Assembly: GCA_035414245.1 (NCBI GenBank)
Contig: DAONYH010000003.1
Location: 17,630 to 81,629, forward strand
Reading direction: 5' to 3'
Origin: a bacterium
GTDB taxonomy: Bacteria > Patescibacteriota > Patescibacteriia > Patescibacteriales > UBA12465
Length of the DNA stretch: 64,000 bases
Shown: positions 9,780 through 19,613 of the stretch, piece by piece
Layout of the letters: every line of letters begins with the position of its first letter
Position numbering within the stretch: the first letter of the stretch is position 1
Translations under genes and position numbers: made by a program
The notes under the pieces: model-generated
The model's database searches: none
Seen by the model: the letters and a program-made list of their open reading frames with translations, nothing else
Told to the model about the DNA's origin: nothing

Positions 9780-9875
9780 CTAAAAACCAAACAACACCGG
9801 TAAAAAAACCATGGAAATGCCGACGATTAAGGAAACAACAATCCAAAAAACTCTGGTTGCCTTTTTTTTCTTCAT
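9780..9875 (-). CDS. Putative 31-aa single-TM micro-protein (below the ORF-track cutoff)
   Basis: ATG at 9875 to TAG at 9780 gives MKKKKATRVFWIVVSLIVGISMVFLPVLFGF. It fills the lepA-recJ gap (4 nt after the lepA stop, 11 nt before the recJ start). Confidence 0.65.
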   Translation of the reverse strand: MKKKKATRVFWIVVSLIVGISMVFLPVLFGF

Positions 9876-9879
9876 ATTT

Positions 9880-11712
9880 TTATCTTTTTAAAATTTTAAC
9901 AAAAGTATCCGGCGGTATTTCAACACTTCCCTTGCCGGCGACTAACATTTTTTTCTTACCCCTTTTTTGTTTTTCTAATAATTTTCTTTTGCGTGTCACA
10001 TCACCACCATATAATTTAGCGGTCACATCTTTTCTTAAAGCCGATAATTTTTCGGCAGCAATTATTTTACTGCCGATAGCGGCCTGAATTTTAATGGCAA
10101 ACATTTGACGAGGCAAATTCTCCTTTAAAATATCTACCATTTCTCGTCCTTGGCGATAAGCATCATCACGATAAACAATGGTTGCTAATGATTCAATCGG
10201 CTCTTCAGCCACTAAAATATCCATTCTAACCACATCCGCCGGACGATAATCTAAATATTCATAATTAATGGATGCATACCCCGAAGAAACACTTTTAATT
10301 TTATCATAGAAGTCGGTCAAAATAGCTGATAAAGGCATTTCATAATGCAAAATAGCTCTTCCTCCTTCATCACCAACCGAAATATACTGCGTATTTTTAT
10401 AAATACCTCTTTTTTCTTGAGCTAATTTAATAATATTGCCTAAGTATTCTTTAGGACTAATTATATCTAAAGTCACCCAGGGTTCTTCAATTTTTATTAA
10501 ATGATTTTGCTCAGGCAAACGTTGCGGAGTTCTGACAATCATTTCCTCACCATTGGTTTTAAAAACCTTATAGGCAACACTCGGCACAGTAACAATTAAA
10601 TCTAAATTATATTCACGACGTAAACGCTCCTGAAAAACTTCCAAATGCAAAAGACCTAAAAACCCACAACGAAAACCAAAACCAAGAGCGTCTGATCTTT
10701 CCGGTTCATACGATAGGGCCGAGTCATTTAATTTTAATTTTTCCATAGCCTCTCGTAATTCTTTAAAATCATTTCCTTCTTTAGGAAAAATACCGGCAAA
10801 AACCATGGGCTTTACTTCTTTATAGCCGGGCAAAGGTTCAAAATTTTCATCAGCGCTAATATTTGAACCGGAAATAATCGTATCACCGACACGACAATCA
10901 GCCACTTGCTTAAAACCAGTCACCACATAACCAATTTGTCCCGAGCGCAGTTCTTTAGTGGAAACATAGCCGGGATTAAAAATACCACAATCCAAAACTT
11001 CACTTTCTGCTTGAACAGAAACTAACTTTATTTTATCGCCTTTTTTAATCGTGCCATTAAAAACTCGGATATAGGCCACCACGCCGCGATAAGTATCATA
11101 TTTGGAATCAAAAATTAAAGAGCGTGAATAATGATGAGCTACAGGAAACTCTGGTTCACGCGGAGCACCACCGCGACGAATTATCTCTTCCAAAACTTGA
11201 GCTACACCTTCCCCGGTTTTCCCGGAAGTAGCAAAAATTTCTTCCTCGCGACAACCAATTAATTTAATAATTTCATTTTTTGTTTTAACAATATCCGCCG
11301 CGGGTAAATCAATTTTATTGATAATAGGAATAATGGTTAAATCTTGATCAAGGGCTAAATAAAGATTAGCTAGAGTTTGTGCTTGAATGCCTTGTGTTGA
11401 ATCAACTAATAACAAAGCGGTCTCAACCGCCGCTAAAGAACGAGAAACTTCATAAGAAAAATCAACATGTCCGGGCGTATCAATAAGATTTAAATTATAG
11501 CCTTGATACTGCATATTAACTGGCGTCAATTTGATAGTGATACCTCGCTCTCTTTCAATGTCCATACCATCCAACAATTGCTCCTTCATCTTTCTTTTTT
11601 CCACCGTGCCGGTCAATTCCAACATGCGATCAGCCAAAGTTGATTTACCATGGTCAATATGAGCAATAATAGAAAAATTTCTAATTTTTTTTATATCTTT
11701 ATTATCAGACAT
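9880..11712 (-). CDS. lepA: Elongation factor 4 (LepA)
   Basis: IRNFSIIAHIDHGKSTLADR, DTPGHVDF, GFRCGFLGLLH, KLYGGDVTRKRKLLEKQK; likely start is ATG at 11712 (MSDNK). Confidence 0.97.
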   Translation of the reverse strand: MSDNKDIKKIRNFSIIAHIDHGKSTLADRMLELTGTVEKRKMKEQLLDGMDIERERGITIKLTPVNMQYQGYNLNLIDTPGHVDFSYEVSRSLAAVETALLLVDSTQGIQAQTLANLYLALDQDLTIIPIINKIDLPAADIVKTKNEIIKLIGCREEEIFATSGKTGEGVAQVLEEIIRRGGAPREPEFPVAHHYSRSLIFDSKYDTYRGVVAYIRVFNGTIKKGDKIKLVSVQAESEVLDCGIFNPGYVSTKELRSGQIGYVVTGFKQVADCRVGDTIISGSNISADENFEPLPGYKEVKPMVFAGIFPKEGNDFKELREAMEKLKLNDSALSYEPERSDALGFGFRCGFLGLLHLEVFQERLRREYNLDLIVTVPSVAYKVFKTNGEEMIVRTPQRLPEQNHLIKIEEPWVTLDIISPKEYLGNIIKLAQEKRGIYKNTQYISVGDEGGRAILHYEMPLSAILTDFYDKIKSVSSGYASINYEYLDYRPADVVRMDILVAEEPIESLATIVYRDDAYRQGREMVDILKENLPRQMFAIKIQAAIGSKIIAAEKLSALRKDVTAKLYGGDVTRKRKLLEKQKRGKKKMLVAGKGSVEIPPDTFVKILKR

Positions 11713-11807
11713 AATTATCAAAAATATTTACAATCTGTTTTATTTATAATCTGTTTTACAGTTAATAAATTTCTGCTTCGCTATTTAAACTTCACTAAAT
11801 TACGCTA

Positions 11808-13460
11808 TTAAACTCCACGGGCTTCACCTTGATCACCGACTTTAACTTTTTTAAATGGCCAACGATTTTTAAGTGCATCAATGAACCAAAAAAATTCTTC
11901 ACTATTTAATAAATAACAGAACCAAGCATAAACTAAGACTCCAGAACCAAAGGAAGCGACTAACTGAGTAAATACACCACTAAATTTAGTCATATCAATA
12001 TAAGGCCAAACCACCACTTTCATAATTTGTGCGGTTATGCCCGCAGCAATGGCGGCTGCGATAAATTTCAAGGAAGAAAACATTATCTTATTAAAATCTA
12101 AGGTTCCTACTTTAACATAAAGCCAGAAAGAGAGCAAGATTAAATTTAAAATATTAGCGACGGAAAAAGCTAAAGCTAAACCGGCCACACCCATTAATTT
12201 CCCTAGATAAAAAGACAAAATAATATTAATAACAATTGAAACCAAACCAAAATAAAAAGGAGTGCGTGAATTATGAAGAGCATAAAAAACACGCGTCACT
12301 AAAGGAATCGTAGCTTGAGCAAAAATACTAATCGTAAAAAATCCTAAAGCATCCATGGTCATAAAAGTGGCTCGCCAATCAAAATTACCCGTCCCTAAAA
12401 TAACGCGCACAATCTGAGCGCGTAAAGCAATAATCAAAATCGTAGCGGGAATAATAAAAAATAAAATTTGTCTCATGGTGCTAGAAAAATGTTGCGTCAA
12501 TTTTTCTTTGTTATGAGCATTTTCAGCTAAGGACGGAAAGGCGGCAATGGCAAAAGAAATACCAAAAATTCCTACGGGAAAAGACTGTAAATTATTAGCA
12601 AAATTGAAAGCGGTTAAAGAGCCACTGGGCAAAGTAGAGGCGATAATTGTGATTACTACTAAATTGATTTGGGAAATAGCCAAACTCATGGTTCTAGGAA
12701 CCATCATTTTACCGATTTTTCTCAGCTTTTCATTTTTCCAATTTAAAACAAAAGAATATTTGAATCCTAAATTATAAACTGCGGGAAGTTGAATTAAAAA
12801 GTGTAGAGCAGCGCCTAAAACCACTCCCCAAGCCAAACCTGTGATGCCAAAAATATCAACAAAATAAAGAGCACCAATGATAATACCGATGTTATAGAAA
12901 ATTGGCGCTAATGAATAAACAAAAAACTTTTTAAACGATTGCAAAATACCTCCTAAAATACCGGACATCCCTAAAAAAATCGGCGATAAAAACATTATTC
13001 TAGTTAAGGCGACAGTGCTTTGTTGTTCGCTGACGCCAAAACCGGGAGCAATAATTTTAACTAATTGCGGCGCAAAAATAATTCCGATTAAAGAAAGAGC
13101 AATTAAACTAATCAATAAAGAATTAGCGACATTACTGGCCAACTGCCAAGCTTCCTGATTTTCCTTCTGACCATTTTTTCTATCGCTTGCCTTATTTTTT
13201 ATTAAGCTGCTAAATATAGGGATAAAGCCGGCTGATAAAGCTCCTAAAACAATCAAATTAAAAATCAAATCCGGAATACGAAAAGCGGCATAATAAATAT
13301 CTAAGGTTGTGCCTGCGTTAAAACGACCAGCTAAAATTCTATCTCGAACAACCCCTAAAAGACGAGATGTTAAAGACGACAAAGCAACGAGCGCGGCTGC
13401 GACCGTAATATTATTGATTGATTGATTGAAAAATCTTTTTAGAAAAAATTTTTTAAACAT
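11808..13460 (-). CDS. murJ: Lipid II flippase MurJ (MviN)
   Basis: SRLLGVVRD, AFRIPD, GALSAGFIP, RVFYALHNSRTP; multi-TM. Confidence 0.93.
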   Translation of the reverse strand: MFKKFFLKRFFNQSINNITVAAALVALSSLTSRLLGVVRDRILAGRFNAGTTLDIYYAAFRIPDLIFNLIVLGALSAGFIPIFSSLIKNKASDRKNGQKENQEAWQLASNVANSLLISLIALSLIGIIFAPQLVKIIAPGFGVSEQQSTVALTRIMFLSPIFLGMSGILGGILQSFKKFFVYSLAPIFYNIGIIIGALYFVDIFGITGLAWGVVLGAALHFLIQLPAVYNLGFKYSFVLNWKNEKLRKIGKMMVPRTMSLAISQINLVVITIIASTLPSGSLTAFNFANNLQSFPVGIFGISFAIAAFPSLAENAHNKEKLTQHFSSTMRQILFFIIPATILIIALRAQIVRVILGTGNFDWRATFMTMDALGFFTISIFAQATIPLVTRVFYALHNSRTPFYFGLVSIVINIILSFYLGKLMGVAGLALAFSVANILNLILLSFWLYVKVGTLDFNKIMFSSLKFIAAAIAAGITAQIMKVVVWPYIDMTKFSGVFTQLVASFGSGVLVYAWFCYLLNSEEFFWFIDALKNRWPFKKVKVGDQGEARGV

Positions 13461-13464
13461 ATTT

Positions 13465-14934
13465 CTATCTTACCTCGTTTTTCAAAATATACAAACGTTG
13501 CAGATTATTTAAGGCTTTATCATAGCCGGGATTTATTTCTAATTCTGCTTTTAGTTCTGCCTCGGCTTCATCTAGTTGACCTTCATCCAAATAAATCACC
13601 GCTAAATTATTGTGTGCCATCACTTCCAAAGGATTAAGCTCTAGGGCTTTTAAAAAATGTTGTCGCGCTTCTTCGGTACGATTATCAAAATAATACATGG
13701 CGCCTAAATTTCGATTAGCCAAAGGCGAAGTAGGAGATTTTTGAACAGCAAATTCCCAAAAAGTAATGCGGTTCTGATAATTTGGTAAATGAAGAGCGGC
13801 TAAAACTAAAAATAAAATAAGCACTAATGCTCCCAAACAAACACTTGCCTTTTCTATTAAAATTTTCCTAGCCAAACCTCGTTCAGGTAATTTAAAACTA
13901 CTAAACATTAAAATTAAACCAATGAACGGTAAATATAAACGATGTTCTAATAATAATAAATAATAAAAATCAACTGGGTTAGGATTAACAAAGGCGGGCA
14001 ACATAAATAAAATAAACCAAACCAAACCAAAAGCAATCCATTTCTTAGCTAAACGTTTGGTGAAAACGAATATTAAAAACAAAACTACCGCGCTTAAACC
14101 ATAATATATATTAACATCTCTTAAAACCGGCATAATTGCCAAGTTAAAGGGCAAGAAAAATTTACCAAAGCCGACAATCAAGGCGGGAGAATTTTCTAAA
14201 ATTGAAATATAAACTTGTTTTAAACCGCCAATCCCTTGATCAATCGCCAAACTACGCATCACATACCATAAAAAAATAACGGCACCCGCTCCCAAAAAAA
14301 ACATGGCCTTATCTTGAACACTAATTTTCTTCTCATTTAAAAATAAATAATAAAATCCTAACAAAAACGGAATAACAATAGCTGCTTCTTTAGTGAAAAT
14401 TGCCAAAAGAAAAAAGATTAAACACCAGACATAATCTTTAGGGCGTGATTTTTCTAAAAACTTCAAGAAAAATAAAAAAGTAGCTAAAACAAAAACCGCT
14501 AACAAGGAATCATTGCGCCCCGGAATCCAAGCGACAGCCTGAACTAAAACCGGATGCACTAAAAAAAATAAAGATAAAAATAAAGAACGTTTTTCAGAAA
14601 CTTTTAAGCGCTTGAGTAAAGCAAACAATAAACTGGCTACTAAAATATGAATAAAAACATTGGTCAAGTGATAGCCCCAAGCATGAAAACCGGAAACTTG
14701 AGCATCAAGCATTAAAGATAAATTTAATAAAGGTCGGTAATAAAAATTTTTGTCCGAAAAAAAGGCGTCTTCTGTAAAAATTTGACCAATATTAGACAAA
14801 TTTCCTATAATAAATTGATTTTCTAAAATTAAACTCTGATCATCTAAATATGAAAAATCAAAAAACACTGTACCTAAATACAATAACAAACCAACGATAA
14901 TAATAATATAAAAAGGTAATCGCTTCGGAGACAT
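13465..14934 (-). CDS. GT-C fold multi-TM glycosyltransferase with C-terminal TPRs (TMTC-like)
   Basis: Periplasmic-loop DD (YLDDQ), YYRPL, YHLTNVFIH, HPVLVQAVAWIPGRND, TKE, EHRLYLP, then TPR repeats (ANRNLGAMYY...ALELNP; AHNNLAVIY...LEINP). Confidence 0.75.
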   Translation of the reverse strand: MSPKRLPFYIIIIVGLLLYLGTVFFDFSYLDDQSLILENQFIIGNLSNIGQIFTEDAFFSDKNFYYRPLLNLSLMLDAQVSGFHAWGYHLTNVFIHILVASLLFALLKRLKVSEKRSLFLSLFFLVHPVLVQAVAWIPGRNDSLLAVFVLATFLFFLKFLEKSRPKDYVWCLIFFLLAIFTKEAAIVIPFLLGFYYLFLNEKKISVQDKAMFFLGAGAVIFLWYVMRSLAIDQGIGGLKQVYISILENSPALIVGFGKFFLPFNLAIMPVLRDVNIYYGLSAVVLFLIFVFTKRLAKKWIAFGLVWFILFMLPAFVNPNPVDFYYLLLLEHRLYLPFIGLILMFSSFKLPERGLARKILIEKASVCLGALVLILFLVLAALHLPNYQNRITFWEFAVQKSPTSPLANRNLGAMYYFDNRTEEARQHFLKALELNPLEVMAHNNLAVIYLDEGQLDEAEAELKAELEINPGYDKALNNLQRLYILKNEVR

Positions 14935-14939
14935 AGAAA

Positions 14940-15653
14940 TTATTTATAAAAACCAAGCCAGTATTTAAGTCCGGTCCAAACAGTCGCTAAACCATATTTT
15001 AAACTACGCGAAAAATTAATTGATGAAGCTTCTTTAAAATAACGTACTGGCACAGGAATTTCACCAATGCGATAACCCTTAGCAACAATTTTGAATAACA
15101 TCTGACTATCAAAAACAAAATCATCAGAATTATTTTGCCAATCAATTTTTTCTAACACTTCACGTTTATAAGCGCGCATTCCCGTATGCCATTCAGATAA
15201 ATTGCGACCACTAATTAAATTTTGGAAAATTGTTAAGACGCGATTAGAAAAATATTTATATTTGGGCATACCGCCAGCCAAAGCTTCCTGCCGACTTCTA
15301 ATTCTCGTACCCAACATCACCTCAAAATAGTTGTCAGCAATAAATTCAGCAAAATATTTTACCAGCCGCGGATCATATTGATAATCAGGATGAATCATCA
15401 CAATAATATCTCCTCCTCTTTCCAAAGCGAGGCGATAGCAAGTTTTTTGATTTCCACCATAACCTTTGTTGGCTTCATGTTCAAAAACAGAAATCCCTAA
15501 ACGCTTAGCCACTGCCACTGTATCATCACCACTTCTGTCATCAACCAAAATAATCTCATCAACTATTGACGGCAAATCATTAACTGTTTTTTCTAAAGTA
15601 GCGGCCGCATTATAAGCGGGCAAAACTACCACTATTTTTTGATCATGATACAT
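14940..15653 (-). CDS. GT2 family glycosyltransferase (polyprenol-phosphate sugar synthase-like)
   Basis: VVLPAYNAA, LVDDRSGD, NKGYGGNQK, HPDYQYDP, IGEIPVP. Confidence 0.88.
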   Translation of the reverse strand: MYHDQKIVVVLPAYNAAATLEKTVNDLPSIVDEIILVDDRSGDDTVAVAKRLGISVFEHEANKGYGGNQKTCYRLALERGGDIIVMIHPDYQYDPRLVKYFAEFIADNYFEVMLGTRIRSRQEALAGGMPKYKYFSNRVLTIFQNLISGRNLSEWHTGMRAYKREVLEKIDWQNNSDDFVFDSQMLFKIVAKGYRIGEIPVPVRYFKEASSINFSRSLKYGLATVWTGLKYWLGFYK

Positions 15654-15726
15654 ATATTTATAATTCTAACGCAAACCTTTATTTATAATTCTAAGCAAAC
15701 CTTAATTCTGAAATACAAAAATTATT

Positions 15727-17721
15727 TTAAAAAGCGCGCACATCAGCCGCTAAAATTTCCTGAGCTGTTAAAAAGAGGGGGTTAATATCAAATTCTTTTA
15801 TTTGTCTATTTTGATTGGCTAAATGAGAAAAATTAACTAATACTTTAGCCAACTTATGAATATCATATTTAATCCCCCCGCGCGCACCATTTAAAATTGG
15901 AAAAAAGGCTGATTCTTTTATAAATTCCAACGCTCTTTTTTCATCTAAATCAGCAATCGTTAATTTTACTTCCTTTAATATCTCCGCATATATGCCACCT
16001 AAACCAAAAAGTAAAACCGGTCCGAACGAGGCATCTTGTTTAAAGCCTAAAATCAATTCTAACTTATCTTTAATTTGCGGCTGGATAACTAAATAATTGT
16101 CTTGCTTTGAAAAAGCGGTTTTATATTTTTGTTGCAATTTCTCAGCGGCAGTTTTTAATTCAGTTAAATTATTGAGATTTAAAACAATCGCCTTTTTATC
16201 GCTTTTATGATTAAAATCCGGACCAACCGCTTTTAGAACAAGCGGAAAAGTTAATTTTTCTTTTATTCGGGGATTATATTTTAACGTTTTAACGCTCTTA
16301 ATTTTATATTTATTTAAAAGCGCAAAAAGTTCTAAATAGTCATAGTCTTTTTTCTTTTTGATTTCGGCAACTACTTCATAATTAATTGAATTATAAGGAG
16401 TAAATTGAGATAGATTCTGCGCATTTTTTATTAAAGCGCCCAAGGACTTAATTGCTTCTTCTGGATAAGAAAAGAAAGGTAAACCTTCACTGATTAAATA
16501 CTCTCGAGCTTCGGCAATGGTATCACCCCCCAAAAAGCTAGTCATAATTAGGCGTTTTGGATTTTGTTTAGCTAATTTTGCAATCACTTCCGCGGTTCTT
16601 AAAGGTTCAGTGCCTAGTTGAGGGCTGAGCAAAATTAAAATATTAGTTTCTTTATTAGTATTGAGCGATTTTTTTAAAGCTTTCTCATAATCCTCGGGGC
16701 TAGCATTACCAAACAAATCAAAATTGCCAACTAAATTTATATCCTGTTCAGCGGCGGCATCGGCTGATAAAACCGCTAAGCCACCAGCGTTAGTAATAAT
16801 TTGTAATTTATTACTTAATTTATTTTTTACCACTGACGGCGAACGCAAAATAATAACTAAATTAAATAAATCATTGAGATTATCAATTAAAATTGCTCCC
16901 GCTCGCTTTAAACCAATTTTAGTCGCCATTGATTCACCGGCCAAGGCTCCGGTATGAGATTTAGCTAAAGCTTGTCCGCTCGCACTGGTACCGGCTTTTA
17001 AAATAGCGACCGTTTTCTCGGGAACTATTTGAGAAACAATCTGCATAAATTTTTCACCGTCTGCCACTTCTTCTAAATATAAAATAATTGAATCAATATT
17101 TTTATCTTTACCTAAATATTCTAGAAAATCATTTTCATTTAACCCAGCTTTATTTCCTAAGCTGATAAAATATCCTAATCCTAAATTTTGTGCTTTAAGC
17201 CAATCAAGCACTGAACTGCCAATCGCTCCGGATTGAGAAATGAAGGCCACTTTGGAATTAATATTGGCGCGATGAGAGAAACTAGCATTAAAATGATTAA
17301 AATTATTAATAAAACCAAGGCAATTTGGACCTAAAACATTTAAGCCATATTTATTGATTAAAACTTTAAGTTCTGCTTCGCGCTTCTTGCCTTTGGCATC
17401 ACTTTCTTTAAATCCGGCACTGATAATAATAATATTTTTAATTCCCAATCGCCCGCATTTTTCTATTTCCGGTAAAACAAAGGCGGCGGGAATAACTATC
17501 ATTACTAATAAACTTGACCAATCTTTAATCGGTAATTTTTCTAAGTCAGAAAAAACCGGCAAAGAGGCAATAGTTTTTTCCTGTAAATTAATAGGAAAAA
17601 TTTTACCTTGATAACCACTGGAAATAATATTATCTAAAACTTGCCGCCCGACTTTTTTCGGATTTTGAGAAGCGCCCACCACCGCAATGGCAGAAGGAGT
17701 AAAAAAGTTTTTTAAATTCAT
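15727..17721 (-). CDS. Acetate--CoA ligase (ADP-forming), fused alpha/beta
   Basis: IAVVGAS, ISAGFKE, LGPNCLG, SQSGA, SHTGALAG (phospho-His), TNAGG, HKSD, FGPVLLFGLGG, EFDINPL. Confidence 0.9.
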   Translation of the reverse strand: MNLKNFFTPSAIAVVGASQNPKKVGRQVLDNIISSGYQGKIFPINLQEKTIASLPVFSDLEKLPIKDWSSLLVMIVIPAAFVLPEIEKCGRLGIKNIIIISAGFKESDAKGKKREAELKVLINKYGLNVLGPNCLGFINNFNHFNASFSHRANINSKVAFISQSGAIGSSVLDWLKAQNLGLGYFISLGNKAGLNENDFLEYLGKDKNIDSIILYLEEVADGEKFMQIVSQIVPEKTVAILKAGTSASGQALAKSHTGALAGESMATKIGLKRAGAILIDNLNDLFNLVIILRSPSVVKNKLSNKLQIITNAGGLAVLSADAAAEQDINLVGNFDLFGNASPEDYEKALKKSLNTNKETNILILLSPQLGTEPLRTAEVIAKLAKQNPKRLIMTSFLGGDTIAEAREYLISEGLPFFSYPEEAIKSLGALIKNAQNLSQFTPYNSINYEVVAEIKKKKDYDYLELFALLNKYKIKSVKTLKYNPRIKEKLTFPLVLKAVGPDFNHKSDKKAIVLNLNNLTELKTAAEKLQQKYKTAFSKQDNYLVIQPQIKDKLELILGFKQDASFGPVLLFGLGGIYAEILKEVKLTIADLDEKRALEFIKESAFFPILNGARGGIKYDIHKLAKVLVNFSHLANQNRQIKEFDINPLFLTAQEILAADVRAF

Positions 17722-17740
17722 ATATTAAAAATTAAACTAA

Positions 17741-17932
17741 CTAATTATTATTTTTTAAAGTCATTAAACCGGAAAAAATTATTAATAAAAATAAATAGTT
17801 CAAATTAAAATAAGCCAAAATAATATTGGGGGCGATTATTTCCATTATAGTAAAGACAATATACAGACTGACGGAAAAATAAAATAGTTCTTGAAAAAAG
17901 AAAGGTTTAATTGTTTTTAAAAATGTTTTCAT
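17741..17932 (-). CDS. Small two-TM hypothetical membrane protein
   Basis: 63-aa ORF with two hydrophobic segments, co-oriented and tightly packed with its neighbours. Confidence 0.65.
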   Translation of the reverse strand: MKTFLKTIKPFFFQELFYFSVSLYIVFTIMEIIAPNIILAYFNLNYLFLLIIFSGLMTLKNNN

Positions 17933-18016
17933 TGCTTAATTGTTAAATTTAATCGCTAAATTCAATGTCTGTTTTAAATTTAATCGCTTTTACTAAATTT
18001 ATCACCTATTCTAAAT

Positions 18017-19498
18017 TTAATCATCTATCTTAAAAATTTTTTGCCAAAGACTGCGTCCGGTAAATTCTATTTTTATTTCTTTTATTTCTAAATAATCGTC
18101 TTCCCCGTTTTCCGTCTTGAGCCCGGGAATAGACAACATAAAACTATACTTCCCTTTCTCTCGATAAGTTCCCTTAGTTCTAAATTCAGCTGAAGCAATA
18201 TTCAATTGTCTATCTTTTACATCAAGCGACGGTGTTTGATAATCAAAAATTACATATTCTAAATCATCAGCTAAAACAAAATGACGATCAACTTTTTTTA
18301 ACAAGGGATTAAAATAATCTTCAGCAGATAAAGAAAAAACTCCGTTATTTTCTAAAATCAAATCCGCTTTAGCAAATTTAATTTCCTTTAAATCATTACC
18401 AGAAACAACATATTCAAACTGTTCATAGGGCGCGGAAACAGTAAAGCTTTGCTCACCAAAATAAATATCTTGCAAATTAGCCGGATCAAGAGCTTTAACT
18501 TGTAAATAGTTTGCCTCAGTAAAAACTTTTATCTCGTCTGAAGCGCTAACAGGCCAAAATTTATGAGTAAAAACCATCAAACCAGACGAACTATAGATAT
18601 TATCAATAATAACATCATCGCTAATTTTAATTTCCAACTTATATAAACCAGCTGAAAAATTACCTTCTAAATTTAAAGTCTGTGATTTTTGATTTTGCCA
18701 ATCAACTTTTTCGCCCTCAATAATTACTTCTTTTATCACTTCCTGGTCTTTCGTTAAAATTAATTTAAGTGGACTGTTTTTTGTTTCTGGCGAATAAGCA
18801 CTGAAATTAGTTTTAAATTGCCAAGCACCATCGTTTAGATAAAGCCAAAGAACATGATTACCTCGGAGAGCAATATCTAAGTTAGTGGCTGTTGCTTTGC
18901 TTTTAGTCGATTTAAATTGATAATTAGGATTAAAATTATAAGTGGCTAAACAAGTGGTCACTCCGGATGAACAATCTTTTAAGTCATTATTTTCTAAAGC
19001 AATTAAAAATTGATCAAGGCTTTCGTAATTTTTATTTTTTTGTAGCAAAACTAAATTGTCCTGCTCAATTTTAAACCAAGTATTTTTCAAATCGTCTAAA
19101 ATTTGATTTTTGAGTGGTTGTAAATCATAACGCCAAACTTGTTTATCAACTAAAACACCAGCTTCAATAATTGGCGTCTGATCAGTTAAATTAGAATAAT
19201 AACTAAGTGTGAGTTTGGCTTTCGTAAAAGTGCGGGGGGTAAAAACAGAAAAATAAACCGGGTCGCCTATTAAGCGCGGACGATTATTCTCATCAGATAC
19301 TCTTTCCACGGGGGTGAAATTATAAATAAATCCTTTGCCTGATTGTAAAATACGAGTAAAATCTTTTCGGTAGCTGATATGACCAAAAGGAACAATTTTC
19401 AAAAACAAGAAGATGCCAAAAAATAAAAAAATAAGCAACAACCAAAACCGGCGCATTTTTTGTTGAGGCGTCTTTTTCCCTGATAATAAACAAACCAT
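18017..19498 (-). CDS. Hypothetical membrane-anchored extracytoplasmic protein
   Basis: 493-aa ORF, N-terminal TM, beta-rich remainder; no motif recognised. Confidence 0.75.
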   Translation of the reverse strand: MVCLLSGKKTPQQKMRRFWLLLIFLFFGIFLFLKIVPFGHISYRKDFTRILQSGKGFIYNFTPVERVSDENNRPRLIGDPVYFSVFTPRTFTKAKLTLSYYSNLTDQTPIIEAGVLVDKQVWRYDLQPLKNQILDDLKNTWFKIEQDNLVLLQKNKNYESLDQFLIALENNDLKDCSSGVTTCLATYNFNPNYQFKSTKSKATATNLDIALRGNHVLWLYLNDGAWQFKTNFSAYSPETKNSPLKLILTKDQEVIKEVIIEGEKVDWQNQKSQTLNLEGNFSAGLYKLEIKISDDVIIDNIYSSSGLMVFTHKFWPVSASDEIKVFTEANYLQVKALDPANLQDIYFGEQSFTVSAPYEQFEYVVSGNDLKEIKFAKADLILENNGVFSLSAEDYFNPLLKKVDRHFVLADDLEYVIFDYQTPSLDVKDRQLNIASAEFRTKGTYREKGKYSFMLSIPGLKTENGEDDYLEIKEIKIEFTGRSLWQKIFKIDD

Positions 19499-19550
19499 AT
19501 ATCTTATATTTTACGTTATTTTGACCAAAAAAACAATGTATAAAAAATTA

Positions 19551-19590
19551 AAAAAATACTCCCACAATTAATAAGTGAGAGTATTTTTAT
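19551..19590 (-). terminator. Probable intrinsic terminator after rpoC
   Basis: AAAAAATACTCCCAC...GTGAGAGTATTTTT inverted repeat; gives a U-tract on the minus strand. Confidence 0.7.
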
Positions 19591-19613
19591 CTTTAATATA
19601 AGCTAAATTTTAT

